From: Tubulanus polymorphus
Taxonomy: Eukaryota; Animalia; Nemertea
Reading direction: 5' to 3'
Length of the DNA stretch: 64,000 bases
Assembly: GCF_964204645.1 (NCBI RefSeq)
Contig: NC_134034.1
Location: forward strand, 8,940,962-9,004,961
Shown here in pieces: positions 24,701 through 37,712 of this stretch. The stretch's first letter is position 1. Every line of letters starts with the position of its first letter. Below the pieces are notes generated by a model that was not told where the DNA came from, ran no database searches, and saw only the letters and a list, made by a program, of their open reading frames with translations. Both the position numbers and the translations under genes were made by a program.

Positions 24701-25599
24701 TGGTAATTTAATTAAATCAAATACATTTATTTTTAGATTATTATCTCTTTCTATTTTTGGGATGTTTTTAATTATAACAGGATACTTATCTATCTTATAA
24801 TTATTTTCAAATAGTTTATAATGAGTTAATCTAAAACTATGTTGTTTATAATCTTCAACTGGGTGTAAACAACTTATTATAGCCCATAGAAAACATTTAT
24901 CATCTTCATTTTGTACATTTATTACAGCATTAGTTTTAAATGGTAGTTTAATATAACTTGTTCCATTTATACTATCATCTTTATAATATGATACATTATT
25001 TTCATCTATTGGTTTCGATTTAGTTAACTTATTATATTTTGTGTTATAAACATGTAAAGTCATAAATATTATCTCATCAAATATTAAACCAGATCCTTCA
25101 AAATATTTCTCTTCTATTTTAGTTTTTACTTCATTATAACATTTATCTAATTTATCATCTATATGTTGTTTAGATATAATATGTTGTGAATGAGAATTTA
25201 TATTATATATTGGTTTATCTTCAGATTTTATGAATTTAACTTTAGAAGATATACTAATTTTAGGATATTCAACATCAGTTATTATTTTTATTATTTCTTT
25301 CATATTTTCTAAATGTTTTTTATTTTCTTCTAATGTTTTTCCTTTATGAAATTTAAACTCGATAGCTGCCGGGCCAATATCACTTTTAAATGCTTCGGTT
25401 ATCTCTATATCTTCGTTATTATCTAATGAATTAATATATTTTCTTACATCTTCCATGTATGGTCTTTTATTGTTTAATTTATTTTTTATGCTTTTAATTG
25501 TCTTCTGTTTCTTATCATTATCTTTATCAAAATAATCTTCACCTAAAATATCATTATTCTTATTTCTAATATGACTTATAGATTTTAAATGTTCTTTAT
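21782..25599 (-). pseudogene. Protein-primed family B DNA polymerase, 5'-truncated, motif A mutated (ORF 21782-25456 remains open)
   Basis: YGDFES, FHNLSGYD, KLMNNAFYGK and YFDTDS motifs, with an EndoVII-like RDHDHLNGKFRGAAH..CN insert. Motif A reads YKNANNLYG instead of YIDANNLYG. The frame continues upstream of 25456 (YKEHLKSISH) up to the junction. Confidence 0.93.
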
Positions 25600-26585
25600 A
25601 ATATCCCGAACGCGAGTAGACCGTAACGAGACGCCCGAAAAACTTTACAGTAGGATCCGTCTGTGGATGAATAACCTAATGTGGAAGAGCACATTAATCT
25701 GTTTTTGCTTCAACATCTAAGCAAAAATAACAAAAATGAACCCGCGTCTCGCAGAAAGGGCATCAAACTTACATGTTCCACTGACTTCCTTTTTCTGTTA
25801 AATCTTTTAGTATTGTGACAACTTCTATTGTAGCATCCCTGAATATGAAAACAAAGCTTTACAGCATAAATCATACCAATACCAATGAATTTCTATAATT
25901 TCATTTCGAGAAACATATTACTCACGTTCTTAGTCTGATAAAAAGGAGTAAATAATTTAGGCTTTAAACAAATAGCAACACCAGCCACATCAATTTTAGT
26001 CATGTACTGGAAAAAAAGACAGATTTGTGCATGCACAGCCTTTAGGTAATTGTTAAATAAAAGTGACCAAACTAATATCAAATCATAAGTTCTTGAGATG
26101 ATATGTACCTGGTCGAATGTGAAAAAGGCTCTTTGATCTTCACAACAGAATTGTTTCCTTGTATGATGCGCAACGTCAAAACTGCTATACTGGATTGAAG
26201 GATACAAAAAACTGTTAAAATATATCTAACTTTATAAAGATAAATCACGTACAAATCACTTAGGAAAACAACTTTACCACTATTGTTGAATCATCCCATG
26301 CTCTTGCTTGATAATCCTTCAATTTGTTTTTTGCTATCAGCTATCAATATGATTCATTAATTCAATCCAAGGATTTTGAATAAAGTGGTTTCGTATTCAA
26401 GTTATAAAAACTAATTGCAAATCATTCATTTTCTAGGATATCAATGCTAAATGATTACCTTTCGTCGATGGACTGCTCTACTTCTTTGCATCTTTTCAAT
26501 CTCATATGGAAAGTATTGAGGGCACCTGATTAAGAATCATTCATTATTTCCAGTACAATCATAAAAGTTATGTAGTTTGCATACC

Positions 26586-27335
26586 TGGTAATTGGATAAA
26601 ATAATGCAATTCTACGTACATTTCATCTTTCCATTATCCTGTTATTTATGAACTGATTTCCCTTACGGCTGGGGTGTAACAAGTCAGTCCTAGATCACAA
26701 AATTTAGAAAAAAACAAGTTAGTTTAAATCGCGAAAAAATGCACATAACCTACTGGGCTTATTAAAATTAAACGATTACTTACGGAGAAAGGAGATCTCT
26801 TGAGAAGTGAAAATCAACGAACTTTACACCAAGTGTAAAGCATTCGCGGTGCAGCATTTCATTGTAATGAAATATCTTTGTGTCAGCATCGAAAAAGAAA
26901 GAAATTTAAAAATCATTACATCGATCATAAATATAGTACTTCAAGAAAAATCTATTCTTGATACTTACTCATCACATCGAGGAAAAAGAGCTGGTACAAT
27001 GATGGTCCCAGTACATTTATAGAGCAACAATCGAATTAATTCAACGTGTCTTCGCAGAACAATCTCAAGCGGGACATCACGCGTCATATTATTTGTTCCA
27101 ACATGGACGATTAGTTGTTCCACATTCAGCATCTTCACCTTTTTCAATTCTGTAATATACAACTAATCAGTAACCCAATGAAAATGAACAATATAAATCA
27201 GTACTGAACCGAGAAATTACCTTCCATCAATGTTTCAATGGTTCCTCCGGGGCACACGATCCTTGTCCATTCAAATAAGCCTACACCATCTAGCCCAGCA
27301 TACTTTAAAATGCTGTCTGCTACGAGACCAATACG
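26586..27335 (-). pseudogene. Spliced SGNH/GDSL-hydrolase-like gene fragment (four exons)
   Basis: Exon 27335-27221 (LVADSILK, GGT) and exon 27149-26969 (IVHVGTNN) splice in frame. Then ~26888-26783 (YNEMLHREC..GVKFVD) and ~26688-26586 (TDLLHPSRKG). One acceptor is defective and there is an in-frame stop. Confidence 0.6.
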
Positions 27336-29104
27336 CTACAAAAAAGATTATTTGTCAGTCTCAGGCCAATATCACAGGGAGGTGTGAGAGAGCACACTGG
27401 TTACTGTAAGACCCTACTATATGCAAAAGAAGTGACACATATATGTATATCAATGTGATAGAATTGATTGAAAAAATTGTGCATAATAGTAGCTAGTGCC
27501 CAAAAATAGAACACAGTGTTATTGAAGTGAAAATTTCTAAAATCCTCTGAAGCGGTGCTTATTTGGTAGCTACATGGGTATTCTAATTGAATAAGCATAA
27601 AGATAAGCGTGCACACACAGTAGCCTATGCATAAACAAGGGCCAGTTTCACCTTCACCTAAAAGTCCTGCAGTGTGAAGACTAACTTGTTCACCTAAACC
27701 ACCTCTACCAGGCTGTGGAAGGCCTAACATCAGGCACTAAATTAAAAGATTCCTCTAAATCAAATTATCTATAAACATCCTCTTAATTGCAGGCAGACTG
27801 ATTCAGGGAGGGGTGCAGCCCAAAATAGGGCATACATATCAGTATCATATATAATTAAAAATCAAAAGGGCTCCAGATCATCAGAAAACATAATACCTAT
27901 ATTTTGGAAGTAGGCCTACAGAGAACATGTTTTGGAATATAAGCTTTTTAAAAATACTTGTTGATATTTTTAATTTTTCCTTTAAATTTCAGTGCAACTT
28001 AAAAGTTTTAAGGGGTGTACACCCCTGTATACTCTCCTGATCTGCCCCTGAATTGCCACTTAACAAAATTACTCAGCTTAATTGTTGGCTAACTAGCTCA
28101 GTGAAACTGGGACCAGACCTAATGCATACACCCTCAGTGGCCAGGGCCAGGATTAAACAGTTAGGCTACGTATATAAATAAAGGAATGAAAAGTACTTAT
28201 CCTGAAATTGGTTAGGCTATCTATCTGCAACAAGAAATACATTTTCATTAACTCTGAATACAGGGAACTACCATTCTTCTGTTTCGAGGCCTTAAAATTT
28301 ATTGTTTATTTTTTGTTGCTGGATTTGGAATGGTTGTTGGAATATTTAAGGCCTAATGTCTATTTATTAATTGATGAGACCTGTTTTTCTTGGATATTTT
28401 GCTTACTTTTTGGGGTACATACCTCATTTATGTCTTAACAGAATGCCAAAAGTCGCGGACAACAACTGAATATCCGATATATTTCCAGTTCTGTACCAAT
28501 TAGATGGATTGGCAAAAAGACTAGTAGCCTTCCGCGACTCGACGACCTTGATTTAAACTTGATCAATTCAAAGTCTGTTTATTGACGCTTTTGGTTACAT
28601 GAACTGATCAGCAATATACTTAAATAAAATAACCGGAATAACAAGAAATCAAAAATATTAAAGAGGTAACAAACAAATGCCCGTAAACCTGTCAGACACG
28701 CGAACGCCGGACTCGTAAACTCTTGGACTCGGACCCGCTGAGCAATAAATTCATAAAATTGACTTTGAAATTGATTGTGGAGAAGGGAATTATTCGATAG
28801 CTCTTCCTCGAAAAGAAGAGAGAAATATCGGTAAGAAAACACAACATGGCTACTAATTGAATGGAGCCAAATTTCTGATGTTTACGGCTCGACAGTGCCT
28901 TTATAACGCGGATTTATCAAAATTCCCATGCAGTATCTGGAGATTGAAGTGAGCTGAAGGACATCATACGGATTGTATCGGCGACAGCGGTAAGGTAAGG
29001 AAGCCTTTACACTTTTAACAAAAACTATGTGGAAAAGGGAAAAAAAAAATAATAATAATCACGCGAATTTCAATAGAGTTTTCTGTGAAGAAACAGAAAA
29101 CCCT

Positions 29105-30667
29105 AAATAGATCAAAAGATAAAATACCAACTTATAAATTTAGAATGTTAGCTAAAACATCTGAGAATTATATATCATTCCAATTTGGGTGTCTAAGATT
29201 TATAGATTCATATAGAGTTTTAAATATTTCATTAGATAACTTATCAAAATCATTAGTTGATGATGAATTGAAAATATTAAAGCAACACTACCCAAATAAT
29301 GATGATTTTCAATTAATGAGATATAAAGGAGCAATTCCATATTCATTTTATAAATCACATAATGATTTCAATATTACTGAATTATTGAAAGAACAATTCT
29401 ATGATGAATTAAAAAATGAATATGTTAAAGATGAAGTATATAATAGAACATTGAATATTTGGAATCATTTCAAAATAGAAAATCATGGGCAATTAGTAGA
29501 TTTATATTTAAAATCAGATGTATTATTATTAACCGATATATTCGAAAGGTTTAGAGATGTAAACCTAAAATATTTCAATATTGATCTTTGTCATTGTTAT
29601 TCAAGTCCAGGATTATCATGGGATTGTGGATTAAAATTTACAAATATAAAAATGGATTTGTTAACAAATATAGATCAATTATTATTATTTGAAAAATCTA
29701 TAAGAGGAGGAGTTTCAGTTGTATTAGGTGATAGATATTTCAATGTAAATGATAACCCCGGATATAAGTTATTATATATAGATGCAAATAATTTGTATGG
29801 TTGGGCAATGATGGAACCACAACCTTATGGAGTATTTGAATTAACTGAAGTTTTACAGAATGAAAATAATGATAAATTTGATTGGAAGAAAAGAATTCTA
29901 GATATTGCAGATGATTCAGATACTGGTTACTTCTTTGTTGTAGATTTAGAATATCCTGAACATATTAAATTTAAATCTAGAAATCTAGCTTACTGTCCCG
30001 AACATAAAACTGTAACTCATGAAGAATTATCAAATTATCAAAAAAGAATTAAACCCGAAAATCATATTCATACAGAAAAGTTAATGGTAACTCAAGAAGA
30101 TAAATATAATTATGTAGTACATTATAGAATGTTAAAGTTTTATTTGAATCAAGGAATGGTTCTAAAAAAAGTACATAGATATATTTCATTTAACCAATCT
30201 AAGTGGTTAGAAAAATATATAGATTTTAACACCAAACAGAGAACTAAAGCTAAAACTGATTTCGAAAAAGATTTCTTCAAGTTAATGAATAATGCATTCT
30301 ATGGTAAGACTTGTGAAAATATCAGAAATAGAAATGATATTGAGTTAGTTAGTAATGGTAAAAGAATTAGACAATTAGAATAACCAAAAGTGTAGTAGAA
30401 AAGAATATTCATTTCAAAGATTACATCAATTGTATATTCAATGAAGAAGTTAGAAAACATAAGATGAGATGTTTAAGATCTGAAGATCATGAAATGTTTA
30501 TTGAAGAAATTGAAAAGATAAGTCTAAACCCATTTGATGATAAAAGATATATTTTAGATGATGGAATTCATACAGTTGCTTATGGTTGTAATTTAGATGA
30601 ATACTTAAAATTTAAAAGATAAGAAACAAAAGAGAACGAGATAATGAAAAGAATTCTAACGTGTTAA
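29105..30667 (+). pseudogene. pPolB fragment with a ~450-bp internal deletion removing the DTDS motif
   Basis: ORF 29085-30383 matches A pPolB from NRSKDKIP. At ~30380 the sequence jumps to ATAACCAAAAGTGTAG (GITKSVV region). Confidence 0.9.
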
Positions 30668-30696
30668 TCAAATTTTAATAAAAATATGTTATTAAA

Positions 30697-31050
30697 ATGG
30701 AGAGTAAACAAGCACACAGTGAGAACAACAAAGTATTTCTAGGTAGAATTAAAGATATAACAAATGTAAAATCTGTAGATTATAAATTCAAAAAGTTAAC
30801 AGAATTAACAATCCATAAGAAATATCTAATTACAAATAGTGTTACAGTTACTAATAACTATGGAGATAAATTAGTTATACACTTAGAATATGAAGGATTA
30901 AAAGGAAATACATATAAATTCAGAACATATTTACCTGATAGATTTCATAGATTATCAAGTGAAGATCTAGAAGAATTATGTTCTGGAGATTTCTATTTCG
31001 TATACAAAGGTAAGAATGAAAAGGGGCACCATGAAATAGATTTCGAATAA
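30697..31050 (+). CDS. Copy of the 117-aa putative ssDNA-binding protein
   Basis: Near-identical to 21399-21752. Confidence 0.7.
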   Translation: MESKQAHSENNKVFLGRIKDITNVKSVDYKFKKLTELTIHKKYLITNSVTVTNNYGDKLVIHLEYEGLKGNTYKFRTYLPDRFHRLSSEDLEELCSGDFYFVYKGKNEKGHHEIDFE

Positions 31051-31066
31051 GAAAATATGTAAAATA

Positions 31067-31460
31067 AATAGGATTAAAAGAATACAGAATATTTGTTGAT
31101 TCTAGAAGGCTTACAAATTATAAATCTCATAATTTACTTGTACAATTAGATAGAGAATTCAAGAATTGTGTTGATTTAAAATTAGTTAATATAAGTTTAT
31201 GTAATTCTTTTTACAATGTATCGGATAAAACTTTTGAACATAGAGGGTTTATGATTTATATGAGAAATAAAGATAAATGGTTTGATATATTTTTAGAACC
31301 AGGATTATATAATTTAGAATCATAAGCGCAGGAAATTAATAGAAGAGCTCGGTTGAAAATCGGGGGCACTTCTGTATTTGAAATTAAATTTAGTAAAATT
31401 GATAGTACTAATAAAATAAGAATAAAGATATCTAATGAACAACATAAATTTATGGTAAAC
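31067..31460 (+). pseudogene. 5' half of minor capsid gene (start damaged, stop codon, truncated at (TA)n)
   Basis: LKEYRIFVDSRRLTNYKSHN... matches the mCPs of A and C. Confidence 0.8.
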
Positions 31461-31461
31461 A

Positions 31462-31634
<173 letters not shown>

Positions 31635-33178
31635 AATAAAATCGCCCCACCCGGAGATATCGGATGAAAGGATGAGGTGCTGAAGCAAAAATGAACCAGA
31701 GGTGTTAAACAGAAACAGGGTCCATTTTCGCCACACAATCTGCTGCCTGTACCTTAGACAATCATGTTTTGGTATATGCCTAGACGATCTGATTTTACAA
31801 TCTATTTGACTATCTAAGGTACAGTGCGTAGACAAATCGGTGCAGGGCCGTAGAAGCCGGTCAAATTAGATTCTTAAAGCAGTTTGAAACTAATTTGTCA
31901 ATGTTTTAATTATGACTTTAATCGACAACTGTGGAACTGCATAGATCAAGATTGATAGCTGCAATAGGGGTCATTCATTCATTACGTACTCATTAGAGGA
32001 GGGGGAGGGGTAAGTGCAATTGCGTACTGCAATGCTTAATGTACATGAAAAAATGGCCGATTTGTGTACAGAGGGGGAGGGGGGGTTGAAAAAGTCAAAT
32101 TTTATAACTTTAAAAAGATCTAAAAACTTCGGACTTTAAACATTCTATCGGCACTCTTTCAAAATTGATCGTCCACATCTCACATGTGTTCTTGAAACAT
32201 TCACTCAAAATGAACTACACACACCATACATCAGACATTCCATTTAGCACACTCTTTCAAAAGGTGGCCCTCTACACTTCGCGTTCAGAATTTCACCAGA
32301 GGTATTTGCTGGTAACATATGTCATCAGCCTTCTATCAAACACTGATCGTCCACACTTCACGTGTTCAGAATTCCATTGCAGACGTTTATACTTGAAGAC
32401 GAACTACAAACATAAGACATTGGACATTGTGCAGTGGGATTCGAACATAATTCAGTGCATCAATTGGTCCGGTGCCTTGTCCGACACAGGTATTAAATTA
32501 TCATGTGTTCCCCTAAACTAACCAAAGCTCTCGGAAAGTTCACCGCATTGGGATTCGAACAACGTATGTAAATAATCGATCACTGTTATTGTTATTTAAA
32601 AAAAAAAAATGTTTATTCATATTTTTCAACTGCGTTTTTAGTATGATTTTCTTATAAATTTTGTATTTTACCCTTTTCTCATCTTTATTGTAAAAAAAAA
32701 AACCTGACTTGTATTTTATATTACTCAAAGGACAATAAAGATATATTGAATTGAATTGAATTGAATTGAATTGGTATTCCTCGGGGGAAAACCCGATTAC
32801 TATTTACATTGATATTGAAGACATTTCACATTTCTTGAAAATTCAGCGATATGACAACACCGCACAATTTCTAGTTGAATTATGCGGGCCAGCTGCAAGC
32901 ATTACGCGAGCCCTGGGGAACTGGTGATTTGAACAGCTTTCATCGCACACATTATTAGGTAGGCTCATACATATGTAAGTTCGAAGCATCGAGTACTTAA
33001 AATGTATGAACGACTTATTCGAACATTCAAACAACAAAATCGATAAATTGATTCCATTTCCTTTCATTGGCTGAACGACTGAACAAACTGTTAAATTTAC
33101 AGTTTTATGTTCAACTAGTAAATGCTGTTCAAATTACTAAATACTGTTCAAACACTTATCTGCCTGGCACTCAAATGA

Positions 33179-35818
33179 TCATTATGAGAATGCCGGTTTG
33201 CTAGCGTATCTATTTAACACCCGTATTGCTCGGGTTAGTTTTACTATCAACGGGTGGCGCTGTATGTAAATTTCACATAAATCAACGACTTTCGGCTATT
33301 AGCGGTACTTAAGACCACTTGAAAACATCATAGTCAATTACGGTAGTAGTGAACATAAAAAGATACAGTACAAATATACAGTACGGTGTACAGTTAAGGA
33401 CATGATTCCATAGCACCCATACCAGAGACATTTTGTTCAGACAAGGACTATTAGTTAAACACTAATCTTAATTTTCAGCAATTAACGATCTGGTGAATTA
33501 ATTAGTGATTCGGTCTTTCGGTGGTTCGAGATAAAATGCCCGCAAAATAAGAACCTAACGAACCAGGGCTGACCACAAATTGCCCAACAGATAAATTTTC
33601 GAAACGACACAATCCAATCATGTTTGGTAACAAATGTGGCGTGGACCATGGTCTTTTAACTGACCAATGCATGACCAGTACTGACCATATAGTAAATTAT
33701 TTGTTTGCAAACAATTAAGTTGTTTGGTGTCAAATAACTAGATATGATGTGGGCATTAATCTAAAAATTGTTTAACTGACCAATGCTTGACCAGTACTGA
33801 CCAGTTACCAGTGCTAACCAGAACCCCCATAAGTAATTTATATGTTTAGTGAATCCTTCGTTGGTACTACTAGCTCTTACATTTAAATGTGTCGCTTGAA
33901 AAAGTCTTGTCCGATTTTTGTTGTATGTAGCGAGCTAACTTTGAAATTCCGCTAAAATGCATAAGATTTTTACGTAGGGTTTTGAACGAACAACGTTTCC
34001 ATTTGTAATTGTAACGTGCGCATTTGAGCCTGTAACGTGCACATTTCACTCGCGTGAACGTGCGTATCGGTACCAACATGCGAGACTTGTCAAACTTTTA
34101 CGATCAAGACTTTTAAACTGAACAAAGAAGATATCATATCATATTATATATACGTGAATAGATGGAATGATAATGTAGTAGTTTTGATTGTTTCGTAGCT
34201 GCTGTCCACTGACCACAGATCAAAGCTAATTGCCTGATATGAAATATATTTTTGTTATAGAGATGTAGTAGATCAGTGAGAATTCAAACTTATGGTTAAT
34301 TTTGAGTGATCACAACGCTAACCAATAGAGAAAGCTAAGGCCTAAGAAAAGATGCATTAAGTATAACATATCTTTCAATATAATGATGAAGTATTCAACT
34401 GGCCATCACAACAATAGTTTGACTTATCTTATTGAAAAAACCGGAGTGTTAATGGGAAAACCTTGAATTCGAAACAATTTCACACTCAATCGTTTACTTT
34501 GAAAACACAATTTGGATTTTGTGGACATGTATTTTTTTCTGCACCAAAAGCATGAAGTATATTATCTTTGCTTGTAAAAATTTGAAATTTTGGGGAAGAT
34601 TTTTGGCCTCGTTAACCTGTGAACACGTCCTTCGTATATTTTCTAAGACCGACCCTTGAAATAATGCTGAGAGTTCCGAGGATAATTTTGGTAGGATGTA
34701 AACTTAGGCTGCTTCGTATCCGTGGAGGGTTGCTAATACACAATAATCATAAGTACCATGAGATTCGATAGAATATCGTTTTTCAATCATACGTACACGA
34801 ATTATCGCGATATAAAGATAAATAATATGTTCATATACTTTTTACGTCTTATACTGTATATTTCTTTAGTAGTATAAATAAGGAGTGGATCAGCAGGCCA
34901 CCTGAGACCATTCCACGATCTAAGGTCAGTTGCCAAAAGTTAGTAAGTTTACCAGTGCGACAAACAGCTAGTGCAAATAGCTAGAAAAGGTAACAATAGT
35001 GCATTGGCAAACTTAGAGCAAGCGTACATTGGTTGTTTAGGTTTTTCGAAGGGGAGAATTTGTGGGAAAATTAATCATTACTGAGATATATCCGTGGCGA
35101 GCTTTTCCAGGGATTTAAAAAGTTGAGCTGTACACAAGGAATTTTGTGTAGTCCAATATCCGTGATTACCTCTGGCGTGGAGAGATACAATCTAAAACCA
35201 ACCCTAGAGTCAAATATTTTACCACAATTTTTTATGATCAATAAAAAGATTGAGTAATAGACATTCAAACAGTATTATCTGAATTCCACTCCATTTTAAA
35301 CTCATTCATCTCTTCACCAACTCCAACTTGTTGAACAGTCCACATTAAAATTAGGGACCACTATTCTTGCTCATCTACACTGGCTACCAATCTAACAAAG
35401 GATTATATTTGAGTGTTTGATGTTATAACAATATCAGACTGATGGATTCGGTTTCTACTTTTTAATTGAACATTTATATCACATATTGGGCATCATTTTT
35501 ACCAGTATATATTGAATAACCTATCCATATATCATCTTCAATTTTATAAAATCTGACTTTTGAGATGTCATTCAATCAATGCATTCACATGCGGTCGTCG
35601 CTTTCAATAGCCACCACGGACTGGCTCCTTATTATTTCTTTGGTGATACCATTGGCGGACGATCCCACACGTTTCTTGCTCCAGCCCTAGAATGCTCAAT
35701 ATTCGTCATGAACCCCGATTTGAGTTTAAATTCAAAATACTCCTAAAACACACCTGTTAACTAGATTACTCTAAAACACCTTTATGTGCAAGAATCAGTG
35801 AAATTGGCGCTTTATCAG
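33179..35818. repeat. ~2.6-kb direct duplication, copy 1
   Basis: Colinear with 37713-40532 and carries the same spurious ORFs (33870/38404, 35071/39781). Confidence 0.93.
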
Positions 35819-36028
35819 TTGTATTCATCTCGTACCCACGAATCTCGTATCGTATCCTATTAATGTGGAGACCCATCCTCGTAAAGAGAATGAATAGGCT
35901 CTGTTGCGTTCATATCATTTGATATGAGGCTACATGTCATCTTCAATTGAAATCACGTTGTTTTTTTAAAGGGTGGGCGAGAATATATTCTTATGTTTTT
36001 GTTTCTCTGAATGTTGCTACTTAAGAGA

Positions 36029-37445
36029 CCCCTGTGAAGCTGGCTCCCGGTTCCCGGTTCCTTATTCGGCTCCCGATTCAAAATGCTATTGAACCGGGAG
36101 CCGAATCGGGAACCGGAAACCGGGAGCCGCCTACTGGTTCAGCTCCCGATTCAAAATGCTTTTGAACCGGGAGCCGAACCGGGAACCGGGAACCAGTAGC
36201 CGGTTCCCGGTTCCCGATTCGGCTCCCGATTCAAAATGATTTTGAATCGGGAGGAAATCGTCACACGCGTGGTGTTAATTCAGACGTCTCGATTAGCCTG
36301 GTGGCCGAGGTCAAGGTTGCACTCATTTCAGCAGACATAGTTACGTAATTATGTTTACCTGCTGTCCGCAATAGAGTCGAATCGAATAAGTAGCCAGCTT
36401 CACATTTTGCAATTGAGACGTCTAAACAACCATCTTATCTCTGCGCCAATGTTAGTGGTCTCACTGTTTTACCATGCAGCCGTGGTAACTATTGGATTAG
36501 AATTTTGTGTGCGCTCTCATTTCAAGCTATTTTCGGTTTAGGGATGAGAAAAATGTTCTTTTATGTTTTCTATGGAATTTGATAGATAGGAAAATATTAA
36601 GTTTAATAGAATATTGAAGTGATTGTTTTTTCATCTTCGACAATGGATTTACCCTGCATGAAGGGTGATTTATACGGCGGGCAGAAAGCGTCTGTTTATT
36701 TTATATCTTACAATTTCATGGGCTTGCAGATATTGTTTTCTTGGGGATTCGATAACTTTCGTTAGAAACTTCCTCTCTTCTTAACCCTTTCAGTGCTGAC
36801 TAATCAATACCCTATAGCTCGGGAACAATCGATGGTTTATTGATTAAATGATTAAAGAGGCGAATAACATATGAAGAAGTCGATTGGTGACGAGAAAAAC
36901 GACCGAGCAATACGCACGTTCTTAAACCAAGTTATGTTATTAATAGACGCAGCTTACTGACGTATAGCTACATACAGCTGACCGCGAGTCTCGCGGTCGC
37001 ATACGCAATCGTGTTTACACGTCTGGATTGGCTCGCGCCACACCTGGCGATTTCTTGTCAAGGTCGAGGTCGAGTTTGTTTATCAGCAGAGTAGACATAG
37101 TTACGTAAAATATCTGGACTACGGCATAGTGTATACCAGCGCCACCTGGCGAATAAGTAGCCAGCTTCACATTTTGAATCGGGAGCTGAACCAGTAGCCG
37201 GCACCCGGTTCCCGGTTCCCGATTCGGCTCCCGGTTCAACAGCATTTTGAATCGGGAGCTGAACCAGTAGCCGGCTCCCGGTTCCCGGTTCCCGATTCGG
37301 CTCCCGGTTCAAAAGCATTTTGAATCGGGAGCTGAACCAGTAGCCGGCTCCCGGTTCCCGGTTCCCGATTCGGCTCCCGGTTCAAAAGCATTTTGAATCG
37401 GGAGCTGAATAAGGAACCGGGAACCGGGAGCCAGCTTCACAGGGG
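36029..37445. mobile_element. Non-autonomous TIR element with subterminal minisatellites
   Basis: CCCCTGTGAAGCTGGCTCCCGGTTCCCGGTTCCTTATT at the left end and its reverse complement ending at 37445. No coding capacity. TSD not evident. Confidence 0.8.
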
Positions 37446-37712
37446 TCGTACAGTCACTGGCACGTACGGGTAACAACTTCGTACTTAAAAAATGGTATTG
37501 GCTACTAGGAACTCACGTACAGCGTTAGTAGGGAACTCACGTACGGTTAACCTGTGGAGATCACCATACAGCCACGTAAGTGTAACAACTACGTACTTAC
37601 TGGTATTGGCTACTATATAATAAGACAAATAAATACCGGTACTGCGGAAGGCTTTCTTAGCTTCCACACTTCACAACCGAACCAACTGACCAACCAGTAT
37701 ATTTATTCCCAG

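Larger units (their letters stand above)
7405..25599. mobile_element. Polinton/Maverick element A, right end deleted, several pseudogenes
   Basis: Abrupt shift to very AT-rich, gene-dense DNA starting AGTAAT. Encodes INT, ATPase, MCP, mCP and pPolB. AATATC occurs at 7399-7404 and 25600-25605. Confidence 0.9.
29105..31460 (+). mobile_element. Polinton fragment B (A-type, opposite orientation)
   Basis: High identity to the reverse complement of ~20985-23783: partial pPolB, small gene, 5' half of mCP. Confidence 0.92.

Noticed and set aside
28523-28625. ~100-bp match to ~62527-62628
   Set aside because: An ordinary dispersed host repeat fragment with no link to the viral elements.
25606-29104. 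A and B as two arms of one giant inverted-repeat element
   Set aside because: B has a different penton allele and independent lesions, and the spacer is host-like DNA. Separate insertions are the simpler explanation.
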